From: Chiloscyllium plagiosum
Taxonomy: Eukaryota
Assembly (NCBI RefSeq): GCF_004010195.1
Contig: NC_057752.1
Location: 4,229,626 to 4,293,625 of the forward strand
Direction of reading: 5' to 3'
DNA: 64,000 nt
Numbering within the stretch: position 1 is the stretch's first letter; each line of letters starts with the position of its first letter. Below the pieces are notes generated by a model that saw only the letters and a program-made list of their open reading frames with translations, had not been told where the DNA came from and made no database searches. Made by a program: the position numbers and the translations under genes. Shown here in pieces: positions 1 to 11,226 of this stretch.

Positions 1-467
1 GGTTCAAAAAAGATTTACAAGGATGTTGCCAGGGTTGGAGGATTTGAGCTATAGGGAGAAGTTGAATAGGCTTGGGCTGTTTTCCCTGGAGTGTCAGAGG
101 CTGAGGGGTGACTTTATAGAGGTTTATAAAATCATGAGAGGCATGGATAGGATAAATAGACAAAGTCTTTTCCCTGCGATGGGGGAGTCCAGAACTAGAG
201 GGCATAGGTTCAGGGTGAGACAGGAAAGATATAAAAGAGACCGAAGGGGCAACCTTTACATGCAGAGGGTGGTATGGAATGAGCCGCCAGAGGAAATGGT
301 GGAGGCTGGTACAATTGCAACATTTAAGAGGCATTTGGATGGGTATATGAATAGGAAGGGTTTGGAGGGATATGGGCCAGGTGCTGGCAGGTGGGACTAG
401 ATTGGGTTGAGATATCTGGTCGGCATGGAGGAGCTGGACTGAAGGGTTTGTTTCCTTGCTGTACATC
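1..467 (+). mobile_element. CR1-clade LINE, 3' end (ORF2 C-terminus and tail)
   Basis: ORF 23-400 'LSYREKLNRLGLFSLE..RLRGDFIEVYKIMRG..TRGH' is the typical CR1 ORF2 C-terminus; near-identical tails at 14640-15135 and 60422-60751. Confidence 0.9.
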
Positions 468-1883
468 ATGGTTCGTGAGATGAGAGAATTGAGTTGTATG
501 TGTGAGAGTGTATCAGACATGGCAGCCATGGGTAGAGTGGCTTTGTGGCTGCTGTGCCATTAAACTGGTGATGTGGAGAAATGCCAGATCTCCAATTCTT
601 GTCCAAGTGCACAACAGGCTTTTGAAGATGACGCGGAGACAAGCAATGTTGGTCTTATTGTGGATATTGGCATATTCTGGGAACAGTACGTGATAAGATG
701 GGGAAAGAATGGGACATTAGGGGTGCCATTGGGCAGGGTGGTTAGTTAATGAGGTGTATTTAATAAAATAAACTGAGAAATCCCGCTTTACCTTGTGGCA
801 AGAGTCCATCCAAAGCTAGCCAAAGGAACATAAGATTTAGCTCTAAATTTTTATTACTTACAAAATGCTTGACATTGAGTTATAATGGAGAAAGCCCGAC
901 TTCAAAGAGCTATTTTCAGCTCTAATGCTGACTGTTTGTTATCTGAAGGGCATTTCACTCTTTAATTCATTAAATATTCCATTGTATTAATATTAATAAG
1001 AATATGCATGATTTGTCTTCCAACAAGCATTGAATTAAATAATTTGAAATAATACAGAATAATCCTGTGAAGTTAATGAATTTGAATTATGCATTCTCAT
1101 CTATTCAATTTGATCTGCCAGATAGAAAGATTTGCTTTCGCTGGGTGGGGATACCTCAGCTGCAAAGTGAGTTCCACCCAGTTCACCAATGCACTGACAA
1201 AGGGTGTGTCAAAGTTTTGCTATATTTATCAAACTTTCCATCATTTCTCATTCCAATTCCTAATTCCTGAATAACTCATCACACAAAAAGAAGCCAATTA
1301 TGACTTGAAAATGGGGTTGTTAATAGCCTCAGAATGGATTGGGTAATGGATTTATATTGGGCTCAGGAATAGCATCAAAATAAGGTTGATACTTACTTGA
1401 AAAATGGCCTCAGAATTTGGTCATCAGCCTGACAGCTCTATTAATGCCAACAAGAGGAGGTTTTGAAAATGTCCCACTGTTGGGTGCCCAAAACATATGT
1501 TTATCTCAAGATGTAAGTCATTGTCAATATCCAAATTTAGATTTGAGACACCAACATCCTGTATTTCCGGTCATTGTAGGTATAAGGTAGATAGTACCTG
1601 TTCTACGAACATGGAATAATATGGATTAGATGCTGTGGTAGGCCTCTTGGGACTGCTCTGCTATTTCATAATGTAATGGCTGATCTGAATATTCCACATT
1701 CCTGACTACCCAAAATACTCTTGCTCATAAAGAATCTATCTACCTTTGCATTAGAAACACTCAAAGAAACATAAACTAGGAGCAAGATTCGGCCATTTAG
1801 CTCTTTGAGTCTGCTGCACTATTCAATACATTTATGACTGAGCATTCAACTGTTTCCGCTTTCTCTTGATACCCTTTGATCCT

Positions 1884-2118
1884 TGTAGTGATCGTAACGA
1901 GGTCAGCCAGGTAGATCTCATAGAACACAAGTTCCTTGATTGGAGATGTTAACCTGGTCCACTAGAGAAGCCCTGGGCTGACACATTTGGAAGGGAGTGT
2001 GAAAGGTTCTGTTCACTCTGAGACCTGGCTCTGAGGAAGCCAGATCAGTGTCAAGGACCATGCGACTGTTAATAAAAAGTGGCTTGGTGACAGGATACCA
2101 GCCTCTGGAGTTATTTCA
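1884..2118 (+). repeat. 5' LTR of Gypsy copy 1 (uninterrupted)
   Basis: tgtagtgatcgtaacgagg...ggagttatttca; aligns by eye with the other three LTRs; contains aataaa. Confidence 0.85.
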
Positions 2119-4735
2119 GTGGCAATGAGAGCAAAAATACACTCCTGAAGAAATTTGCTCACAACAGTCATCTTTTAGTTGGAGTAAGCATTTTTGGCAT
2201 CATGTCGTTATTTGGGAAGCTTGATTCATTTGATCCTGCCATTGAACACTGGGCACAGTATGTGGAAAGAATGTGTTATTTTTCTCCCAGGCAAATGACA
2301 TTGGGGCAGACAAGAACAAAGAACAAAGAAAATTACAGCACAGGAACAGGCCCTTCAGCCCTCCAAGCCTGCGCTGATCCATTTACTGTATCTAAACCTG
2401 TCGCCTATTTTCTCAGGATCTGTATCCCTATGCTCCCTGCCCATTCATGTATCTGTCTAGATACATCTTAAATGACACTATTGTGCCTGCCTCTACCACC
2501 TCTGCTGGCATCGTGTTCCAGGTACCCACCACCCTCTGCGTAAAGAACTTTCCACGCATATCCCCCTTAAACTCTTCCCCTCTCACCTTGAAGTCATGAC
2601 CCCTAGTAATTGACTCGTCCACTCTGGGAAAAAGCTTCTTGCTATCCACCCTGTCTATATCTCTCATGATTTTGTAGACTTCAATCAGGTCCCCCCTCAA
2701 CCTCTGGCTTTCTGATGAAAATAATCCTAATCTACTACATCCATACCAGGCAACATTCTGGTGAACCTCCTCTGCACCCTCTCCAAAGCATCCACATCCT
2801 TTTGGTAGTGTGGCAACCAGAACTGCGCGCAGTACTCCAAATGTAGCTGAACCAAAATCCTATACAACTATAACATGACTTACCAACTCTTGTACTCAAT
2901 ACCTCGTCTGATGAAGGAAAGCCTTCATGACTACTTTGTTGACCTGCGTTGTCACCTTCGGGGTACACTGGACCTGAACCCCCAGATCTCTCTGTACATA
3001 AATTTTCCCCAGGGCTTTTCCATTTACTGTATAGCTCCCTCTTGAATTAGATCTTCCAAAATGCATCACCTTGCATTTGCCCGATTGAATTCCATCTGCT
3101 ATTTCTCTGCTCAACTCTCCAAGCTATCTATATTCTGTTGCATTCCCCTTCACTATCTGCTACTTCACTAATCTTAATGTCATCTGCAAACTTGCTTACC
3201 AGACCACCTATACCTTCCTCCAGATCATTTGTGTATATCACAAACAGTGGTCCCAGCAAGGATCCCTATGGAACACCACTGGTCACACTTCTCCATTTTG
3301 AGAAACTTCCTTCCATTACTACTCTGTCTCCTGCTGCCCAGCCAGTTCTCTATCCATCTCGCTAGTACACTCTTCACCCCATTTGACTTCACTTTCTCTA
3401 TCAGCCTACCATGGGGAACCTTATCAAATGCCTTACTGAAGTCCATGTATATGACATCTACAGCCCTTCCCTCAATCAACTTTGCCACTTCCTTGAAGAA
3501 TTCTATTAAGTTGGTAAGACATGACCTTCCCTGCAGAAAACCATGTTACCTGTCACTGATAAGCCAATTTTCTTCCAAATATACATAGTTCCTATCCCCC
3601 AGTATCTTCTCCAACAGCTTCCCGACCACTGACATCCTGCTCACCAGTCTATAATTACCTGGATTATCCCTGCTACCCTTCTTCAACAAGGGGACAACAT
3701 TAGCAATTCTCCAGTCCTCCAGGAGCTCACCCATGTTCAAGGATACTGCCAAGTTATCTGTTGAGGCCCCAGCTATTTCCTCTGTCTTTTCCCTTAGTAA
3801 CCTGTGATAGATCCCATCAGAACCTGGGGTCTTGTCCTTAATGGCTTTTAGAATACCCAATACTTCTCCCTCCTTATGCCAACTTGACCTAGAGTAATCG
3901 AACATCTATCCCTAACCTCAACATCTGCCATGTCCCTCTCCTCGGTGAATACTGATGCAAAGTATTAATTAAGAATCTCACCCATTTTCTCTGACTCCAC
4001 ACATATCTTTCCTCCTTCATCCTTAAGTGGGCCAACCCTTTCTCTAGTTATCCTCTTGCTCTTTATATATGAATAAAAGGCTTTGGGATTTTCCTTAAAC
4101 CGGTTTGCTAAAGATATTTCATGATCGCTTTTAGCCCTCTTAATTCCTCATTTCATATTGGTCCGACTTTCCTGATATTCTTCCAAAGCTTCGTCGTTTT
4201 CAGTTGCTGAGACCTTATGCATGCTTCCTTTTTCCTCTTAGCTAGTCTCATAATTTCACCTGTCATCCATGGTTTCCTAATCTTGCCATTTCTATCCCTC
4301 ATTCTCACAGGGACATATCTGTCCTGCACTCTAATCAACCTTTCTCTAAAAGCCTTTCACATATCAAGTGTGGATTTACCTTCAAACAGCTGCTCTTAAT
4401 CCACATTCCCCAGCTCCTGCCGAATTTTGCTATAGTTGTCTTTCCCCCAATTTAGCACCACTCTCATCTTTGTCCATGAGTATTCCAAAACTTATGGAAT
4501 TGTGATCACTATTCCCAAAGTTATCCCCTACTGAAACTACAAACACCTGGCTCGGCTCATTCCCCAACACTAGGTCCAGTATGGCCCCTTCCCAGTTGGA
4601 GTTTTACTGCTCTGTAAAACCCTCCTGGATGCTTCTTACAAATTGTGCTCCATCTAGACCTTGAACACTAAGTGAATCCCAGTCAATGTTGGGAAAATTA
4701 AAATCTCCTACATCTTTCCATAATGTGTTTACATA

Positions 4736-5720
4736 TAGAAAATACAACATTACAGCGCAGTCCTTCGGCCCTCAATGTTTCGCTGACCTGTGGAAACGAT
4801 CTGAAGCCCATCTATCCTACAGTATTCCATTTTCATCCAAATGTTTATCCAATGACTAATCGCCCTTAAAGTTACCAAACGAGTCTACTACTGTTGCAGG
4901 CAGTGAGTTCGAAGCCCCTACTACTCTCGGAGTAAATAAACTACTTCTGACATCTATCCGATAACTATCACCCCTCAATTTAAAGCTGTGTCCCCTCATG
5001 CTAGTCATCACTATCCGAGGAAAGAGGCTCTCACTGTCCACCCTAACTAACCTCTGACTTTCTTATATGTCTCAACTAAGTCACCTCTCAACCTTCTTCT
5101 CTCCAACGAAAATACCCTCAAGTCCCTCAACCTTTCCTCATAAGACCTTCCCTCCATACCAGGCAACATCCTAGTAAATCTCCTCTAAACCCTTTCCAAA
5201 GTTTCCACATCTTCCTATAATGCGGCGACCAGAACTGTACGCAATACTCCGAGTGTGGCCGCATCAGAGTTTTGTACAGCTGCACCATGATCTCATGGTT
5301 CTGAAACTCAGTCCCTCTCCCAATAAAAGCTAACACACCATATGCCTTCTTAACAACCTTATCAAACTGGGTGACAACTTTCAGGGATCTATGTACCTGG
5401 ACACCGAGATCTTTCTGCTCATCCACACTACCAAGAACCTTACCAATAGCCCAGTCCTCTGCATTCCTTTTACTCCTTCCAAAGTGAATCACCTCACACT
5501 TTTCTGCATTAAACGTCAATTGCCAACTCTCAGCCCAGCTCTGCAGCTTATCCATGAACATCTGTAACCTACAACATCCTTCAGCATTATCCGCAACTCC
5601 ACCGACCTTAATGTCATCAGCAAATTTACTAACCCGTCCTTCTACGCCCTCATCTACATCATTTATAAAAATGACAAACAACAGTGGCGCCAAAACAGAT
5701 CCTTGCGGTTCACCACTAGT
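4736..5720 (-). mobile_element. Second 5'-truncated CR1 LINE nested in the first
   Basis: ORF 5127-5753 PQGSVLAPLLFVIFIND..SKFADD..EYCVQFWSP duplicates RT sequence already present at 2700-3300; it has its own 3' tail near 4740. Confidence 0.82.
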
Positions 5721-5724
5721 ATTT

Positions 5725-5928
5725 GTGTTGAGAGTTTGGTGCTGGAAAAGCACAGCAGGTCAGGCAGCATCCAAGGAGCAGGAGAATCCATGTTTCGGGC
5801 ATAAACCCTTCATCACAAGCTCAAAACGTGGATTCTGCTGCTCCTCGGATGCTGCCTGACCCACTGTGCTTTTCCAACACCACATTCTCGACTCTGATCT
5901 CCAGCATCTGCAGTTCTCACTTTCTCCT
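5725..5928. mobile_element. Penelope-like (PLE) terminal-repeat hairpin insertion
   Basis: Inverted arms gctggaaaagcacagcaggtcaggcagcatcc / ggatgctgcctgacccactgtgcttttcc; 13-bp TSD accactagtattt at 5712-5724 and 5929-5941. Confidence 0.75.
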
Positions 5929-8421
5929 ACCACTAGTATTTATACCTTTATCTCAATCTCATTGTTGGGAGACCTGTAGTACAGTCCCAACCCAGTTACC
6001 CTTTCTGTTTCTGAACTCTGATATTGCCTCACTGCTCGAGTCCTCCATAGTGCCCTCCTTCAACACAGCTGTAATATATTCTTTTACCAGTAATGCAACT
6101 CCTCCACCACTTTTACCTCCTTCTCTATCCTGCCTGAAGCATCTATGTCCTGGGATATTTAGTTGCCAATTTTGCCCTTCCCTCAACCAAGTCTCAGTAA
6201 TAGCAATAACATCATATTCCCAGGTACTAATCCAAGCCCTAAGTTTGTCTGCCTTACCTACTACACTTCTTGCATTAAAACAAATGCACTTCAGACCACC
6301 TGTCCCTTTGCATTCATTATCTGCTCCCTACTTACTCTTCCCCTTAATCATTATCTTCATTATCTAGTTCCTTCAGGTTTTAGTTACTACCACCTTACTG
6401 TCCTCTAACCTCATTTGGTTCCCATCCCCTGCCATATTAGTTTAAAACCTCCCCAACACCATTAGCAAAAGCACCCGCGATGATATTGTTTCCAGTCCAG
6501 CCTAGGCATAGACCGTCCAATTTGTAATAGTCCCACCTCCCCCAGAACCAGTCCCAATATCCCAAACATCTGCCCAAATGTATTGGTTCACTCACCTTCC
6601 CAGAGGGCAATTCAACCGCTCCCACTCAGCTCCTTGTTCTCACTGCTCCTGCTGCAAAATGGAGGCCACTGAGTCCACGAGGTATTTAAATAGGACATTT
6701 ACCTTCCCAGCCACCCCCTGCCCCTTGCTCTTGTCCCTTCCGTTGCTGCTGAAAGTGGAGGCCGCTGACTCTCGAGGTAAGTCCTTTTATAGGGAAATGT
6801 ATCTTCCTGGCAGCCCCCTAAACCTTGATCTCATTGCTCCTGCTGAAAATGAAGCAATGAGTAATTCTCCTGCCAGCTTGTGGACCCACAGCTCTTTCGT
6901 TCATTTGGAGCCTAACTCTCCCTGAGGCATCAGATACAAAAACCTTTCAAGAATTGACAGATTTAGTGAAGCAATATTACAACCCAAGTCTCCTGCAATG
7001 CTCAGACACAAAAGTTTTACTCAACTGTTTGAATCCCCATATCGGGATTTTTGACAAGGTTAAGATGACTGGCAGAGGCATGTGACTTTAGTTTAACTCT
7101 TAAAGTGATGTTGAGAGACCATTTGGTAGGTGGGATTAATGATGTAACCATGCAAAAATGTCTACTTATGCCTACAAAATGAAGCTCAACTGGACTTCAA
7201 ACAGGCACTACAACTGGCTTTGTCACTAGAAAATGCAGATGTAAGGGTGCCAGGGATGGAGGCCAGGTTATGTATGAACTCTCCGTAATAATCAATAAAT
7301 AAAGTGAGGCATATGAGTTACAGGGTATGCCAATGGAAGTGGACACCCTCACCAGGCTGACTGAGCTTTGGGGACACCACTTGAGTGAAGGCAATTGCAT
7401 AGCCTCACTCAGGACATATCCTGAACAGGCTAGCCCACAGCAAAACCCCAAAACAAAGCCAAGCCTCGGCCAAGCAGTTAACATTTTCTTCAGGATCTGG
7501 ATTGGCAAACCATTGTGGTTGCTGCCGGTATGCGGACTCGAGACAGAAAATGAGACTTAAAAATGGAGTAAGAGAATTCATAAACTGGTATCCAGGAGAG
7601 TGCACATCCTGGAAAGCCCACCTACATCTGGTTTGGAACAGTTAAATTGCTTAGCAACATTCAAATCAGAACCAATCTGGTTAAGTGGTCACCTGGTTCT
7701 AGTGGAGATTGATACCAGTGCAGCTGTTTGAGTAATCGCAGAACAGGGGTTTTTAACAAAATTTGCTCTGGATTGCAACCCTTAAGTTTGAGTGAGACCT
7801 CGACTAGACTGATAACCTATACCAAGGAGCCTTTACAGATTAATGGTAGAACTTCAGTTCCATTTTCGAATGAGAAGCAGCTGGTTCATGTAGCACTGAT
7901 TGTAGTAAAAGGCTCAGGCCCAAGCCTGATGAGGTGAAATTGATTGAGAAAGATTCACCTTGATTGGCTCCACATTTTCCAATTAGAAAATGGCAGTCTG
8001 AGTGAGGTCCTAATTAAATATCCGAAAGTTTTTCAGGAAGGTCGAGGGGCTATCAGAGAAGTCAAGGCCACCTTGCATGTTGACCAGGAAATAGTTCCAC
8101 GATTTTGTAAGGCCCACCCAGTGCCATTTTCCTGACATGCAAAATATGAGGCAGAAATCAGGAGACTGAAAAGCAAAGAAATCATTAAACCAGTATGTTT
8201 TGTGAATTGGGCAGCACCAGTTATACCGATTGTGAAGCATGATGGGTCAGTTCGCCTTTGTGGGGATTTTAAACAAATGGTAAACCGTTCTCAAGGTTGG
8301 ATAAATACCCAGTCCTATGCATTGAGGATTTGTAAGCAAAGCTGGCAGGGGGTTGTTCTTCATGAAACTGGAATTTTGCCATGTCTACCTGCAATTGCAA
8401 TTAATACCCGTAAGAGTTTGT

Positions 8422-8636
8422 CAAAAAGTGTGGCGCTGGAAAAGCACATCAGTTCAGCATCCGAGGAGCAGGAGAGTCGACACTTTGGACATGAGCCCTT
8501 TGTCAGGCATGTGGATGTAAGGGCTTTTGCCTGAAGCATTGATTCTCCTGCTCCTCGGATACTGCCTGACCTGCTGTGCTTTTCCAGCACCACACTTTTC
8601 AACTCTGATGTCCAGCATCTACAGTCCTCACTTTTT
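8422..8636. mobile_element. PLE terminal-repeat hairpin insertion in Gypsy RT
   Basis: Same inverted-arm family; 15-bp TSD cccgtaagagtttgt (8407-8421) / cccataagggtttgt (8637-8651). Confidence 0.75.
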
Positions 8637-10506
8637 CCCATAAGGGTTTGTACCAATATACGAGACAGCTATTTGGGGCATCATCAGCCTGTGCCATTGT
8701 TCAGAGGACAGTGGAGAATACAAGGTCTACCCCAAGTCGCTATTTACTTAGGTGAGGTGCTCATAACGCAGAAGACCAATAAAGACCACTTGGAGAACTT
8801 GGACATTATCCTTAGAACTTTCTCCATGGCAGGCATTCACCTTGAAGGGAAAAATATGTGTTCCAAGCAGCCCAAGTGACCTACTTGGGTTAGAGTTGAC
8901 CAGGCCGGGTTACAACCTTTGGAAGATAAAATGAGAACAATCAAAGGTACCCCAGCTCCCACGGCTGTACTGGAGCTTAGATCTTTCCTTGGATTGGCGA
9001 ATTATTACAGAGAGTTCATGCATAACTTGGCCTCCACCCTGGCACCCTTACATGTGCTATTGATAAAGGATCAGTCTTGGAAATGGTCTCGTAGCCAAGA
9101 TGTAGCCTTTAGAGAAGTGCAGAAGCAGCTGTCATTGCCAACGTGTTGACACACTCTGATCCCAAGTGAGATCTGGTGCTGACATGCGATGCCTCCCCGT
9201 ATGGTATTGGGGTACTGCTGGCTCACAGATGACCCACTGGAGAAGAACGCCCAATACTGTATGCTTCCTGGACTTTGGCTAATGCAGAACACAAATACAG
9301 CCAAATAAAAAAGGAAGGTATGACGGTCATCTTTGGTGTGAGAACGTTCCACCAGTACCCTTACAGATATAAATTTGTAACAGTAACAGACCACAAACCC
9401 GCGAGAGTTACTCAAAGAGGACAAGGTCGTGCTGCCCATAGCTTCAGGTTGAATTCAGCAGTGGGCTCTCATTCTGTGCACATACAATTACACACCAGAA
9501 CACCGTCCAGGAGGACAAGTAGCAAATGGGCATGCCTTGAGCCCCTCCCACTGGGCACCGGTAGTGCCTTTCCTGGAACAGTCCATTCTGGTTTTAAACT
9601 TTCTGGACACCCTTCTAGTCACCACTGACAATATCTGCCTGTGGGCGCAAAGAGATCTGGTCCTGACAAAACTAAAACAGCTGGTGCTGATAGGGTAAAC
9701 AAAAGGGCCATAACAACCAGAACTGAAACTTTTCTGGACACGGCGAGGCCAGGTCGCCGTGGAGGACAGCATATTATTATGGGGAGCAAGAGTGATTCCC
9801 AAGCAAAAGCCACTGCCAGATACAGGCTAAACTCCTCCAGGGTCATCTGGGGTGTCCAAAATGGCAAGAAGTTATGTCTGGTGGCCAGGATTGGATGCAG
9901 GCATAGCTGTGCCCAGAGTGCCAACAAGGACACAAATTACTGCCAGCAGCTCCCCCACATTCATGGGAATGGCCAGGTAAACCTGAACTTGGTTACACAT
10001 TGACTATGCCAGCCCTGTCATGGACTCAATGCTCTTCGTCATTGTGGATGTCCAAAGTGGTTGGATATTCATAAACATGGGGACGATGATAGAAACCTGC
10101 GAGCATCTTATGCAATACTTGGACTCTCCGAGGTGTTGGTCATACACAATGGGCCATCATTTACCAGCAGGGAATTTGAGTCTTTCCAAAAGTCAAATGA
10201 CATTCCGCATGTAAGGACAGCTCCATACCATCCATCATCCAATGGGCTGGCAGAAAGAACAGTTCAAACTTTGAAGGCAGGTTTAAAGAAATAGCCTACA
10301 GCTTCACTTAATACCAAACTGTCCCAGTTCCTATTTGATTATCAGAGCACCCACCCCGCCATGTAACTACAGGGATAGCTTTAGCAGAGTTGCTAATGGG
10401 GAGAATACTCTGCACCAGGTTAAATCTGATCTTTCTGGAAATGAAGGGGACAATGAAATGTCATCAGGAATGCCAATGCTGAACACAGGACTCCTCTAAG
10501 CAACTA

Positions 10507-10726
10507 GGAGAAAGTGAGGACTGCAGATGCTGGAGATCAGAGCTGAAAATGTGTTGCTGGAAAAGCGCAGCAGGTCAGGCAGCATCCAAGGAACAGGAGA
10601 ATCGACGTTTCGGGCATAAGCCCTTCTTCAGGAATGAATTCCTGAAGAAGGGTTATGCCCGAAACGTCGATTCTCCTGTTCCTTGGATGCTGCCTGACCT
10701 GCGCTTTTCTAGCAACACATTTTCAG
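10507..10726. mobile_element. PLE terminal-repeat palindrome with hammerhead cores on both strands
   Basis: Near-perfect ~100-bp inverted arms centred near 10636; perfect 16-bp TSD ctcctctaagcaacta at 10491-10506 and 10727-10742; CTGAAGA-A-stem-GAAAC-GTC at 10642-10668. Confidence 0.8.
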
Positions 10727-11226
10727 CTCCTCTAAGCAACTAAGACAGTTTACTTCAGGGGATGAAGTTTGGTGCCAAAAGAATGGAAATGGCCTTGCAT
10801 GGGTAAGAGGCATGATCGATGCGAAGTCAGGTCCCATCATGTGCAAAGTTTGGGTAGGTGAGGCGGTCCTGAACAAGCACGTGGACCACATGAAAAGTGC
10901 AAACTCATAAACGGGACAGAAGCAAAATGTATCCAGCCCCTTAGAACAACTGGAAAGGCTATCTAACCTGTGGGGTTTCCCCCTCTGTCTAGCTTTGAAG
11001 AAACCACAAAGTCTGAGATGGACATGGCAGATGTCATAGCCTTGATGACTTGACAACCTGAAGAAGAGACTGAATTTCTTCTGAGACGCTCTGGGTGCAA
11101 GAGGCAGGCTATGGTCTGGGACAAGCTGCCCGTATCTGAAGCTATTTGGAGGACCTGGTGCAAAAACTCTCCAGGAGAGACTACAAGAAAAAGAACAGAC
11201 CTATGTCGCCAGACACAGGAGCGGGA

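Larger units (their letters stand above)
2315..6854 (-). mobile_element. Long CR1 LINE (endonuclease and RT fragments) inserted into Gypsy gag
   Basis: Minus-strand ORF pieces: QDREGGKSGGGVALLVKE (endonuclease region, 5959-6186), DWRIANVVPL..PGNYRLVS, YMDFSKAFDKVPH, RGDLIEVYKIM. Gypsy sequence gcagacaag|caatgagtaattctcc is contiguous across the insertion when compared with copy 2. Confidence 0.88.
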
